NCBI GenBank assembly: GCA_965116905.1
Contig: OZ220732.1
Span: 1,600,001 to 1,664,000 of the forward strand
Source of the DNA: Longimicrobiales bacterium
GTDB lineage: Bacteria > Gemmatimonadota > Gemmatimonadetes > Longimicrobiales > Gaopeijiaceae
Length of the DNA: 64,000 bases
Direction of reading: 5' to 3'
Part shown: piece by piece, positions 20,136-29,765 of the stretch
Position numbering within the stretch: position 1 is the first letter of the stretch
How the letters are laid out: every line of letters starts with the position of its first letter
The notes under the pieces: model-generated
Told to the model about the DNA's origin: nothing
Databases searched by the model: none
What the model saw: only the letters and a program-made list of their open reading frames with translations
Position numbers and translations under genes: made by a program

Positions 20136-20780
20136 ATGGCCGTCAACGACGAGATTTCCGGATTCCTGAAGGCGGGCCTGGAGCGAGGCCTTCCCCGCGA
20201 GCAACTCCAGGAGGTGCTGCTCGAGGCCGGCTGGCCCCAGGACCAGGTCCGACGCGCCCTTGGCGGCTTCGCCGACGTCGCGTTTCCGATCCCCGTCCCC
20301 CGCCCGGCACCGTACCTGTCTGCTCGCGAGGCCTTCCTCTACCTCGTTCTCTTCGGCACGTTGTACGGCAGCGCGATCAGCCTCGGGAGCCTCATCTTCG
20401 CATTTATTCACCAGGCGTTTCCCGACCCCTCCCTGGACCCCGCGGCCGCCCTGGAGATGGCGCGCGAGGAGATCCGGTGGGCGGTCTCGTTCCTGGTCGC
20501 GACCTTCCCCGTCTTCGCCTTCGTCTTCTGGACGAACGATCGTGCTGTCCGGAAAGACCCGGGTCGACGGCTCTCGCGAGTTCGGCAGTCGTTGACGTAT
20601 CTGTCGCTGTTCGTGGGTGCGGCCACCCTCATCGGCGTGGTCACCAGCATCGTCTACAACCTCCTCGGCGGCGAACTGACGGTCCGGTTCACCCTGAAGG
20701 TCCTCACGGTCGCCACGATCACCGGCTCGTTGTTCGGGTACTTCCTTCGCGACGTGCGCAGGGAGGAGGTGGCAGAATGA
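20136..20780 (+). CDS. DUF5671 domain membrane protein
   Basis: PVPRPAPYLSAREAFLYLVLF, LTYLSLF, LLGGELTVRF.LKV. Confidence 0.8.
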   Translation: MAVNDEISGFLKAGLERGLPREQLQEVLLEAGWPQDQVRRALGGFADVAFPIPVPRPAPYLSAREAFLYLVLFGTLYGSAISLGSLIFAFIHQAFPDPSLDPAAALEMAREEIRWAVSFLVATFPVFAFVFWTNDRAVRKDPGRRLSRVRQSLTYLSLFVGAATLIGVVTSIVYNLLGGELTVRFTLKVLTVATITGSLFGYFLRDVRREEVAE

Positions 20781-21277
20781 AGCTCTCGCCCCGATCCATC
20801 GCGTTGGGAGCCTCGGGAACGGCCGTTGTCGCGGCGGTGGTTGTCGCCCTGGTACTCCTGGGAAACCCCGCGCAGGAGCGCGAGCGCCGCATCGACGATC
20901 GGCGAGCGGCCGACCTGCACGCGATCGCGGCGGCTACCGATCTCTACCGGGCTCGACATGGGCGGCTTCCGGCTTCCCTGGACGAACTGGCGGCCGAGCC
21001 CGGCTTGACGATCAGCACGCACGATCCCACCAGCTCGGAGACATACGGGTACCGGGCGCTCGACGATGGGCGCTACGAGGTGTGCGCCACCTTCGCCGAG
21101 GAGTCCGGGGGACCGACCAGGAGCCTCCCGATCATGGAGCGGACCTGCCAGGGCTGCCATGCCCCGGGGTCGCCTCTCGCGACCTGGACCGACGATGAGG
21201 CGGCCGCGCGCGTTGGGCTTCGGGACCTGTGGGCGCACGGCTCGGGACGGCAATGCTTCGAGATGCGGGCGCGGTGA
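20777..21277 (+). CDS. Pseudopilin-like membrane-anchored protein with CxxCH
   Basis: ATGA coupling; TM helix, DDRRAADL, GRLPASLDEL, YEVCATF, CQGCH, WAHGSGRQCF. Confidence 0.75.
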   Translation: MKLSPRSIALGASGTAVVAAVVVALVLLGNPAQERERRIDDRRAADLHAIAAATDLYRARHGRLPASLDELAAEPGLTISTHDPTSSETYGYRALDDGRYEVCATFAEESGGPTRSLPIMERTCQGCHAPGSPLATWTDDEAAARVGLRDLWAHGSGRQCFEMRAR

Positions 21278-22986
21278 GGCGGCGGCTCAAAGCGCGCCTG
21301 CTGCTTCCCGTTCTCGCGCTTCCTGCTCTTGCCCTTGGCGCCCTCCACGGATGCGGCGGGGCCGTCCACGTCCCCTCGGGCACGCCGGTCACCTCTCGCC
21401 AGCCGCCCGGTCCGGCGCCAAACCCGCCAACGCTCCTGCCGCCACAGGTCGCATTCGACCGATACGAGGTCGTGACCGACTCGGCGGAACGCCAGACGGT
21501 GCTCACGGGGTTTCTCCTCGGTGGCCCGATCGCCGAACTGGCTGTCGTGAGCGTCGATGAACACGACGGCCGCCGCCTCCGCATCTACGCCTTCGCCGGC
21601 AGCGCCTGGCGGCCGAGTCTCGACATCGCGCTGGGTCCCGAAGTGCGGTTCGTGGACATCGCGAACATCGGGGGCGAGGATCGGCTCGTCACCTACGAGT
21701 CCGGCCGCCTGAGCTGGCTCGACCCGAAGCGCGGGACCGGGGAGCTGCTCGTGGCGGTGCCGTCCGACTTCGCCTCGCCGCGGCACCGCGAGGTCCCGCA
21801 CGTCGACATCACGCGAGACGTGAACGGGGACGGCCGCGACGATCTGGTCGTGCCGGACTCCGCCGGATTCCAGGTGTTCGTCCAGGCCGGCGACGGCACC
21901 TTCACCAACCCCGTGGGCATCGGTCCTCCGACGGACATGAGCCGGATCCGCGGGGCCGACGGATACCGCTACGACCCCTGGTCTCAGAGCCGCGTCCACG
22001 CCATCGACTACGACGGCGATGGCCGAAGGGACCTCGCGTTCTGGAACGGCGACCACTTCGCGGTGCATTTGCAGGAAGCGGACGGCCGGTTTCGCGCGGT
22101 GGCCGAGACCTTCACGACCGAGGTCGGTTTCGACTCCGACAAGCTCTCCTCGCTTGCCAGCGGAGACATGACGGGGAGGGTGCTGCATGCCCTCTCCGAC
22201 GTGAACGGCGATGGAGTAGGGGATCTCGCGATCCTGGCCCTGGCGGGCGCGAGCTCATCGAGCAAGGAGTCCAGCTACGAGGTTCATCTCGGGACGCGGA
22301 CACCCGACGGCCGGACGGAATTTGCGCCGAGCGCCGATATCGTCTTCAGGTCTCCCGGCCGCATTCAGCTCGCGGTGGACCGGCACGACCTCGACGGCGA
22401 CGGCCAGGCCGAACTGATGTTCACCACCATCGACGTCGCGTCCCTCAGCGGCGGCCTCTTCAAGAGGCTGAAGGGGGCCATGGGCGACGACACCTGGCTC
22501 CACCTCGAGTTCTACCGCGCGGGGCGGGGCGTTTTCGGTGACGCCGCCAATGCCAGGCGGCCGATGGCGCTCGACGGCGCCCCCAGCCACAGGGAGCCGG
22601 GGTGGGTGCCGCTGGACGTCGTGCTGCGCGGCGGACTCCACGAGAGGCGTAGAACGCAGGATGGCTACCGGCGCGCCTTCAACCGGACTCTGCTCATCGG
22701 AGACGTGACAGGCGATGGCCGCTCGGATCTACTGATCGAGACCACGCCCTGGGCGCTTGAAGCTTTCGCTGGAGTGCCGGGCCCTGAGCTCTTCGCCCGG
22801 ATTCCCCAGACAGTGGCGGTCGAGTTGCCCAACGACGGCGAGTACACCTGGCTGTCCGACCTCAATCGGGACGGCCGGCAGGACATCGTCATCCACCACC
22901 CGTTCACCTTGCGGGACCCCCATGGTGGGCGGCTGCGTCCGCCGGGTGCGGAGAGGCATCGGGTGACGCTGCTGCTTTCCCGGTGA
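21274..22986 (+). CDS. FG-GAP/VCBS repeat lipoprotein
   Basis: Six DxNGDGxxDL-type repeats; lipobox LHGC. Confidence 0.85.
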   Translation: MRRRLKARLLLPVLALPALALGALHGCGGAVHVPSGTPVTSRQPPGPAPNPPTLLPPQVAFDRYEVVTDSAERQTVLTGFLLGGPIAELAVVSVDEHDGRRLRIYAFAGSAWRPSLDIALGPEVRFVDIANIGGEDRLVTYESGRLSWLDPKRGTGELLVAVPSDFASPRHREVPHVDITRDVNGDGRDDLVVPDSAGFQVFVQAGDGTFTNPVGIGPPTDMSRIRGADGYRYDPWSQSRVHAIDYDGDGRRDLAFWNGDHFAVHLQEADGRFRAVAETFTTEVGFDSDKLSSLASGDMTGRVLHALSDVNGDGVGDLAILALAGASSSSKESSYEVHLGTRTPDGRTEFAPSADIVFRSPGRIQLAVDRHDLDGDGQAELMFTTIDVASLSGGLFKRLKGAMGDDTWLHLEFYRAGRGVFGDAANARRPMALDGAPSHREPGWVPLDVVLRGGLHERRRTQDGYRRAFNRTLLIGDVTGDGRSDLLIETTPWALEAFAGVPGPELFARIPQTVAVELPNDGEYTWLSDLNRDGRQDIVIHHPFTLRDPHGGRLRPPGAERHRVTLLLSR

Positions 22987-22998
22987 GTTGGATCCGCA

Positions 22999-23064
22999 TT
23001 TGACGATCACAGATGATCGCCAAAACCATTTGTCGATCATATTATCATCGAAATGATCGCCAAA
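22999..23064 (+). repeat. 66-bp four-box element, copy B
   Basis: TTTGACGATCA-4-TGATCGCCAAA-4-TTTGTCGATCA-14-TGATCGCCAAA. Confidence 0.9.
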
Positions 23065-23105
23065 CCATTGGCAAGCGATTGGACTCGGATTAGCTTCTGA
23101 ACCCC

Positions 23106-24281
23106 GTGACATGGGGTCGACGAGGACAAACGCGCGAACTCGAGGGGCCGAGATCAGTGGTGCCAGTCTACTACCACGAAGGACGATTCCCGCCGGACGA
23201 CCGCTTGGACTGGCAGAGGCTGGTCCCGCTGTTGGGCCCAGCGTATTCTGCGGTCGCGAGGTATGACGGCATGCTGTCGGCTGTTCCCGATTCCAGCATC
23301 CTGCTCGCACCCCTTTCCACGCAGGAAGCGGTACTCTCATCGAGAATAGAGGGTATTCAGGCCACGATGGGCCAGGTTCTGGAGTTCGAAGCTCGGGGTA
23401 TGGCGAAGTCCGCTTCCCGCCGCGACGATGTCCTCGAAGTAGTCCAATACCGCCGCGCGATGTGGCATGCAGAGCACATGCTGCGCGAGCTTCCGCTGTC
23501 TCTCCGGGTCATTCGTGAATCACACCGGGTTCTTCTGTCCAGCGGCCGAGGCAGACAGCGTTCACCCGGTGAGTATCGGCGGATTCAGAACTGGATTGGG
23601 CCGCCTGGTTGCCCCGTGGAAGAAGCCAACTTCGTTCCGATCGCCGCTCAGAACCTGGCCGACGGCATGGGGGCCTGGGAACGATACATCCACCAGGACG
23701 GACCGGACCGCCTGGTCCAACTCGCCATCATGCATGCCGAGTTTGAGGCCCTTCATCCGTTTCTGGACGGCAATGGTCGCATGGGCCGGATGCTCGTGCC
23801 GCTTTTCATGTGGCAGCGTGAGGTGATCCGCCAGCCGGCCTTCTACATCAGTGCCTATTTCGAGGCCAACCGTGACGCCTACTACGAAGGGCTGCGATCC
23901 GTATCGCGTGACGACGACTGGAGCGGATGGTGCGCGTTCTTCCTCGATGCCGTGCGGACGCAAGCGGAGGACAACTTGGCGAAGACCGAGGCGATTCTTC
24001 GGCTGTATGAGGAGATGAAGGACCGTGTCCTTGTGGCGACCAACTCCCGATATGCGACTCGGGCTCTCGACTCGATCTTCCGGCGGCCGGTCTTTGCGAG
24101 CGCCCAGTTCGTAGAAGGAACCGAATCGTCTGCGCCCACGGCTCGCCGGATCCTTCGGCGCCTGTGCGACTCAGGGGTGTTACAGAGGATCGATCCAGCC
24201 AGTGGTCGGCGGCCTGCGCTGTTTGTGTTCAGCCACCTGCTCAACCTTGCGGAGGGCAGCCAGGCACCCGCCAGCATTTGA
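23106..24281 (+). CDS. Fic family protein (class II) with C-terminal HTH; true start may be GTG near 23159
   Basis: SSRIEG inhibitory motif; HPFLDGNGRMGR. Confidence 0.92.
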   Translation: MTWGRRGQTRELEGPRSVVPVYYHEGRFPPDDRLDWQRLVPLLGPAYSAVARYDGMLSAVPDSSILLAPLSTQEAVLSSRIEGIQATMGQVLEFEARGMAKSASRRDDVLEVVQYRRAMWHAEHMLRELPLSLRVIRESHRVLLSSGRGRQRSPGEYRRIQNWIGPPGCPVEEANFVPIAAQNLADGMGAWERYIHQDGPDRLVQLAIMHAEFEALHPFLDGNGRMGRMLVPLFMWQREVIRQPAFYISAYFEANRDAYYEGLRSVSRDDDWSGWCAFFLDAVRTQAEDNLAKTEAILRLYEEMKDRVLVATNSRYATRALDSIFRRPVFASAQFVEGTESSAPTARRILRRLCDSGVLQRIDPASGRRPALFVFSHLLNLAEGSQAPASI

Positions 24282-24342
24282 CGATCACGAATGATCGCCA
24301 AAACCATTTGTCGATCACATCATGACAAATTTGATCGTCAAA
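24277..24342 (+). repeat. 66-bp four-box element, copy C (overlaps the Fic stop codon)
   Basis: TTTGACGATCA-4-TGATCGCCAAA-4-TTTGTCGATCA-14-TGATCGTCAAA. Confidence 0.9.
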
Positions 24343-24483
24343 GTGGGTCATGGTTCGTGTCGTGACCGGAAACGCACCGGCCGCCCGGCCATTTCGGGCG
24401 GCGGAGCGTGCGTCGCAGATTCATTACCTTATTGCAGAAGGTAAGGAAACTGTGTACACTGTAAGGCAAATGGAGATGCGCCC

Positions 24484-24717
24484 ATGCTCGAATCCACGGT
24501 GACAAAAAAGGGACAGACCACGCTCCCCAAGCCCGTCCGGGACACACTGGGCGTACAGGCCGGTGACCGCGTGCGCTACGTCGTTCTTGACGGGGAAGCG
24601 CGCATTCTGCCCGTCCGTCCCATCGGTCGGCTGTTCGGCGTACTGAAGCACGACGGGCCACCCGTCACCGTGGAGGAAATGAAGCGAGCCATAGCCGACG
24701 CGGCGTCCGGGGAATGA
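24484..24717 (+). CDS. AbrB/MazE-type antitoxin
   Basis: STVTKKGQTTLPKPVRDTLGV; upstream palindrome TTACCTT-N7-AAGGTAA at 24424-24444. Confidence 0.9.
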   Translation: MLESTVTKKGQTTLPKPVRDTLGVQAGDRVRYVVLDGEARILPVRPIGRLFGVLKHDGPPVTVEEMKRAIADAASGE

Positions 24718-25109
24718 TCGCGCTCGACACCAACGTTCTTGTTCGCTACCTGGTGCGGGACGACGAGCAGCAGGCGGAGTCTGCTCGCGCCTTGTTGGAA
24801 TCGCTTACCAGCGAACGACCGGGCTATGCCTGCCGCGAAGTTGTCGTCGAACTCGTCTGGGTCCTGGAACGGGCCTATGGGGTTTCGCGCGCACGCATTG
24901 CGACGATCCTCCAGGAACTTGTGGCGACGCAGAGTCTCGTTGTCGAGGCCGCGGACGATGTGGCCCGAGCCGCAATTCGCTACCAGGAGGGTGGCCCGGG
25001 ATTCTCGGATCTGATGATCCTCGCCGCGGCGCACCGGGCTGGTGCGCGTCCGCTCTATACCTTCGACCGGCAGGCGGCGCGAATGGAGGGTGTCGAACTG
25101 CTGCGGTGA
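24714..25109 (+). CDS. vapC: VapC PIN-domain toxin
   Basis: MIALDTNVLVR, FSDLMI, TFDR. Confidence 0.9.
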   Translation: MIALDTNVLVRYLVRDDEQQAESARALLESLTSERPGYACREVVVELVWVLERAYGVSRARIATILQELVATQSLVVEAADDVARAAIRYQEGGPGFSDLMILAAAHRAGARPLYTFDRQAARMEGVELLR

Positions 25110-25151
25110 GGCCACCGCCATCGGGGCGAGGCGCGGTTCTCCTCACCCCCC

Positions 25152-27074
25152 TCAAAACCCCAGCGACGCCGTCTCTCGCCTTACGTCCCCCGCCGCGATC
25201 ATGACCCCCGTTTCCGGATCGCGCCAGGTCACCGTCGGCGCGCACGCACGCCAGTTCCACATGCCCCAGGACTCGACGTCGTGCCCCATCGCGCGCAGCG
25301 CTTCCGCCGTCTCGGCCGGGATCCGGTCCTCGAGGCGGAGCACCGCCGGACTGGTATTCACCTCGCTGCCCGAGGCGGGGAAGTTGTAGCTGCCGAAGCG
25401 GGGCTGGTCGAGGGCCTGCTCGGGTGACATCCCCCACACGACCACGTTCAGGAAGACCTGCAGGAGCGACTGCAGCTGCTGGTCGCCGCCGGGGGTGGAG
25501 AGTCCCATGAACGGCCGGCCGTCCTTCATCACCAGAAGAGGCGAGTTGGTGTTGCGCGGGCGCTTGCCGGGGGCCATCACGTTGGCCAGCTCCGGATCCA
25601 GGTTGAACTGGCCCATGCGGTTGCCCAGCCCGAACCCCCATCCCGGGATCATGGGCGTAAACGTGTGCCCATCGCTCTCGGTCAGCGAGAACAGGTTGCC
25701 CTCCCCGTCCATGACGTTGAGGGACGAGGTGTCGATGGAACGGGCCGGCCCATCGCCACCCCCGTCCGCCACCACGAGGCTCGCTGGCGCCCTGCTCGCC
25801 ACCACGAAGCTCGTCGGCGCGTCGTCCGCCACCGCCGCCATCGCCGCCGGATCTCCCCACGGCGGCATGTCCTGGAACGCGCGCTTCTCGTCGATGAGCT
25901 CGATGCGCTCGCGCGCGTATTCCTTCCCGTAGAGCCCCTCAGGCGCCGGCGCGAAGTCCGGATCGCCGACGTACCTGTGGGAATCCGACATCGCCAGGTT
26001 GATGACCTGCGAGATGAGATGGATGTATGCCGGGGTGTTGTAGCCGAGCGCGCGCAAGTCATGGTTTTCGAGCATGTTGAGCACCAGGACGATGCGCGGC
26101 CCCTGGCTCCAGCCGTCGCCCGTGTACACGTCGTAGCCCTGGAAGCTCGTGCCCAGCGGCTCCTCCCAGCGACTCTCGTAGCCCGCCAGGTCTTCGTAGC
26201 GAACGATTCCGCCCTGCTCGCGGAAGAAACGGTCCACGTCGCGCGCGGGCTCACCCTTGTAGAACGCGTCCCGCGCAGCGCGGATCCCTTCGGAGCGGCT
26301 TGCGCCGGCGGCAAGCGCCTGCTCCTCGGCCTCCATCATGTAGCGGATGAGCCGCCCCAGGTCGGCGTTCACCATCAAGTCCCCCAGACGCTGCTCGCCG
26401 ACCCCGTTCTGGAACCAGAAGTCGCGGTTGTAGGGGAAGGCGAGGATCTCCTCCATCTGATCCTCGATCATCCACTTCTGCATCTTGTAGAGGTGATAGC
26501 CCTCTTCGGCGATGCGCAGAGTCGGCCGCGCGGCTTCGCTGAAGCTGAGGGTGCCGAAGCGGTCGAGCGTGGCGAGCCAGACGTCGACGTCGGCCGGAAT
26601 CAGCGCGTTGTTGATGGGCGACTTGCCGTGCTCGAGGAAATGGTCGAGCGTGGCGAGCGCGGGCGAGGTCCCGGCCCCGACCCGCGTGATCACCTGGTCC
26701 TCGGCGGCGCTGTAGAGGATGAGGGGCGCGACCCCGGTCCAGCCCGCGTAGTCCATCTTGAGCGCCTTGAGCGCCATCCCTGCGGTCACCCCCGCATCGA
26801 AGGCGTTGCCCCCGGCCCTGAGCACCTCGTACCCGGCCTGCGTGGCCAGGTAGTGCCCGGAAGAGATGACCCCGCGCGTGCCCATGACCCGCGGCCGCAT
26901 GGCCTCGACGTTGTCCGCGTCGTGGACGACGCCGTAGCTGTTGAATGGGGCGATGGTGGCGAAAACGCCTTCGTCGGTGGCAGAGGTGGCCTCGTCCGCC
27001 GCCCCAGTGCCCGACCCGAGCCACGCGATGATTGCCAGGGCCGCGACGGCGGCTACCCATGTGAGATGTTTCAT
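25152..27074 (-). CDS. ggt: Gamma-glutamyltransferase family protein, exported
   Basis: GGNAFDAG, DTSSLNVMDGEGN nucleophile Thr, PGKRPR, TPGGDQQ; signal peptide from ATG 27074. Confidence 0.9.
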   Translation of the reverse strand: MKHLTWVAAVAALAIIAWLGSGTGAADEATSATDEGVFATIAPFNSYGVVHDADNVEAMRPRVMGTRGVISSGHYLATQAGYEVLRAGGNAFDAGVTAGMALKALKMDYAGWTGVAPLILYSAAEDQVITRVGAGTSPALATLDHFLEHGKSPINNALIPADVDVWLATLDRFGTLSFSEAARPTLRIAEEGYHLYKMQKWMIEDQMEEILAFPYNRDFWFQNGVGEQRLGDLMVNADLGRLIRYMMEAEEQALAAGASRSEGIRAARDAFYKGEPARDVDRFFREQGGIVRYEDLAGYESRWEEPLGTSFQGYDVYTGDGWSQGPRIVLVLNMLENHDLRALGYNTPAYIHLISQVINLAMSDSHRYVGDPDFAPAPEGLYGKEYARERIELIDEKRAFQDMPPWGDPAAMAAVADDAPTSFVVASRAPASLVVADGGGDGPARSIDTSSLNVMDGEGNLFSLTESDGHTFTPMIPGWGFGLGNRMGQFNLDPELANVMAPGKRPRNTNSPLLVMKDGRPFMGLSTPGGDQQLQSLLQVFLNVVVWGMSPEQALDQPRFGSYNFPASGSEVNTSPAVLRLEDRIPAETAEALRAMGHDVESWGMWNWRACAPTVTWRDPETGVMIAAGDVRRETASLGF

Positions 27075-27078
27075 CGCG

Positions 27079-27220
27079 TTCTTGAACGTGTTGCGGGCCG
27101 CCTGAGGGGCAATTGCCATCTCGCGGTCAACGCCCGTCGCGGGCCGCAGTTCGTCGCGCTCGAACTTCTTGAGGATTTCCCACTCTTCGGCGTTCAGTCG
27201 GTCTTTCACGCTGACCTCCT
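27079..27220 (-). pseudogene. Partial copy of the brnT 3' end and antitoxin 5' half, in frame with ggt
   Basis: About 12 mismatches over 142 bp against 17483-17624 by manual alignment. Confidence 0.85.
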
Positions 27221-27240
27221 CTTCCTGGTGACCGCCGGTT

Positions 27241-27816
27241 TCAGGAGCCCCCGCTCTCCCACACGTCCAAATGACGCGAGAAGACCTCGTCGAGGTCGAT
27301 CAGGCCCAGGCGCTCGGAACCCAGCCGGACGGGGAGCTCGCCCGAGAAGCGCTCGTGCCCCGCCTCGTCCGCGAAGCGCCAGACATCGACCACATCCTCG
27401 CCCGGATCCACGATCCAGTATTGCCGCACTCCGTGACGCGCGTACAGATCCAGCTTGATCCCGCGGTCTCGGCGCGCGGTGGACGGCGAGAGGATCTCGA
27501 TAACGAGGTCGGGCGCGCCCAGGACCTGCTTCTCGCCGATGATCGCCCGCCTCTCGGTGGACACGAACAGAAGGTCGGGCTGGACGCGGTCGCCGGTCCC
27601 CGGGAACTCGACCAGGAGCGGGGCGGAGAACACCTCTCCTCGTCCAGCGTCCATGAGGATCCGCACCAGAGCCGACCATAGTCGCCCCAAGACGCGCTGG
27701 TGCCGGGTCATGGGAGCTGGCGTCATGTACAGCCGCCCCCCTATGAACTCGTAGCGGTTGCCGTCGTCCGGCATCCGCAGGACATCCTCCCAGGTCGTCG
27801 GTGCTTGAGTCTGCAT
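27241..27816 (-). CDS. Uma2 family endonuclease
   Basis: RYEFIGG, VQPDLLFV, APDLVIEILSPST, QYWIVDP. Confidence 0.92.
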   Translation of the reverse strand: MQTQAPTTWEDVLRMPDDGNRYEFIGGRLYMTPAPMTRHQRVLGRLWSALVRILMDAGRGEVFSAPLLVEFPGTGDRVQPDLLFVSTERRAIIGEKQVLGAPDLVIEILSPSTARRDRGIKLDLYARHGVRQYWIVDPGEDVVDVWRFADEAGHERFSGELPVRLGSERLGLIDLDEVFSRHLDVWESGGS

Positions 27817-27937
27817 AGTGGACACATCATACCTCCCCGCTTTCGGGTGCGCGAACCTGCCGGGAGAGGAGGGGTACAGCGGTGCGATCAGGGTTCCGTC
27901 ATCGTTGGAGAAGCCTGAGGAACCGGCGTCGCTCCCC

Positions 27938-29422
27938 TCACCCAGGCATCCGCAGCCTCTTCCCCTCAGCCTCCGCCTCGTCCGAGTCCAGGAACGCATT
28001 GCAACCCTCCAACTCCCGCCCCGCCACTTCGAGCGAACTCCAGTCGATCGCGATGGTCCATCGCTGCGCATAGTCGAGCACGCGAATCAGTGGTTCCGCT
28101 CGCCCGGTCCGGGACAACGCACGTAGCGCCGCGAGGTAGTTTCCGCGAAACACCGTCGGAATCACAATCCGCTCTTCCCCTCCGGCGACAAGCTCGGCGT
28201 TCATCATCACCCGCGCGATCCGTCCGTTGCCATCGGCGAAGGGGTGCACCTCGCTGACGAGGAACATCATGTAGACGGCGCGCTCGAATGGCGACTCAAG
28301 GCTCCGGTAGAGGTCGAATCCTGCATCGAGGGTGCCCGGGACGAGGTCCGGAGCGACGAAGACGGCTAGTCCCGCCCGGTTCTCTTCCACCTTGAACTCG
28401 CCGGGCAACACCTCCGGCCGCGCTGCCAGGATCTGCCGGTGGCGCTCTCGCAGGAGGCCGGTGAATGCCCCGAAGGACGCGGGCGTCCGTGCCATCTCCT
28501 CCTCGTCGGATACGATACGCCATGTGCCGGCGACATCATGGGCGTCCGCCGGCCGGTGAGGCGGAATCTCGCCCTCGAAGACGATGCGAATGGCCTCGTC
28601 AACCAGGAACTCGGTGCCTTCGACGAAGTTGGAAAAGTAGGCCTCGAAGAACGCCAGCGTCGCCCGACCCCTTGCGTCGCGGGCAGGCGTGGGCCGGATA
28701 CTCGGAGGACGGCCGCGAAGTGCCTGATGCAGCTTGTGAAACAACTCCGGCCGATCCGGATCGTAGGGTCGCCCCCGGCCGCGGGCGATGGCCACCGGAG
28801 ACTCGAGCTGACTCCGACGCGTGCCGAGCAAGGCGCCGATCAGTGAATCGAGTTGGGCAGCCTCGGTCTCCAGGCCGAGTTCGACCGCGATCTCCCGGGC
28901 AGCGTCTCGCAGTCGATTGACGCCCGTTTCACCGGCCGTCCGGACGAGACGGTCAAGGCGCGCTTCGACTTCGATTCGTCTGAGAGTGCGTGGCACACGA
29001 CCGTCCCGGGCGCGGGAAGGACGCAGATTCTCGAGATAGGCCCGGGTTCGCGAACTGAGAGACAGCCCGGCGACAAACGGCATGTCCGATGCGACCGGCC
29101 CGGGTCCCCGGCGCGGACGCAGCACGATGCCCGGCAACTCCACCCTTCGCCCGCGGTCGCTGACAAGGCACACGGAGCCATCCGAGGCGGGACCTGCTTC
29201 GAACGCGGTGCGGTCTGCGATCAGGCCCCCGGGAAAGTACCCCGCGACGATCCCCCACAGGTTTCTGCGCACGATGTCCTCGGGAGCGTCCTCCAGGTTG
29301 CTGGTGTAGAGGCGCGAAGCAAGCTTCCGGAGCTGGCCGGCCTTAACCGCCCGTGACACCGCACGGCTGATCGCGGTGTGGGACACGAAGGCCTCGGGTA
29401 GCTCTCTCAATATGCGACTCAT
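27938..29422 (-). CDS. Fic family protein with N-terminal wHTH/AbiEi-like region
   Basis: GQLRKLASRLY, SNFVEGT, HPFADGNGRIAR. Confidence 0.9.
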   Translation of the reverse strand: MSRILRELPEAFVSHTAISRAVSRAVKAGQLRKLASRLYTSNLEDAPEDIVRRNLWGIVAGYFPGGLIADRTAFEAGPASDGSVCLVSDRGRRVELPGIVLRPRRGPGPVASDMPFVAGLSLSSRTRAYLENLRPSRARDGRVPRTLRRIEVEARLDRLVRTAGETGVNRLRDAAREIAVELGLETEAAQLDSLIGALLGTRRSQLESPVAIARGRGRPYDPDRPELFHKLHQALRGRPPSIRPTPARDARGRATLAFFEAYFSNFVEGTEFLVDEAIRIVFEGEIPPHRPADAHDVAGTWRIVSDEEEMARTPASFGAFTGLLRERHRQILAARPEVLPGEFKVEENRAGLAVFVAPDLVPGTLDAGFDLYRSLESPFERAVYMMFLVSEVHPFADGNGRIARVMMNAELVAGGEERIVIPTVFRGNYLAALRALSRTGRAEPLIRVLDYAQRWTIAIDWSSLEVAGRELEGCNAFLDSDEAEAEGKRLRMPG

Positions 29423-29765
29423 GTGAATTCTCGCTTGATAGCAAGCCTGATGGATCCCATTAGGAGAACAATTGTAATATAAGACAACGAATATGAGAAA
29501 ACTGTGACGTTACTGAACGCCTGGCAACCGATACACAACAGAATCGTTGCCAACAGAACCGTTGTGTATATGTCATGCGGACATTCTACAGGTCATTTCA
29601 GATATCGTAATCATTGATGATGAAACTGCATTGACTCCATAACATCAATATTGCCATATCATTCACGGTTTAGCCAGCACACTGTCATGATGGGACTATT
29701 CCTGGACATTTTGCTGGACATCCGATAGGATGAGTCCCTGCTGAACCCATCAGGAGCCCCGACCA

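Noticed and set aside
22999..24342. Canonical integron attC or Xer dif site
   Set aside because: No RYYYAAC/GTTRRRY ends, no 11-6-11 dif consensus, and no integrase in the window
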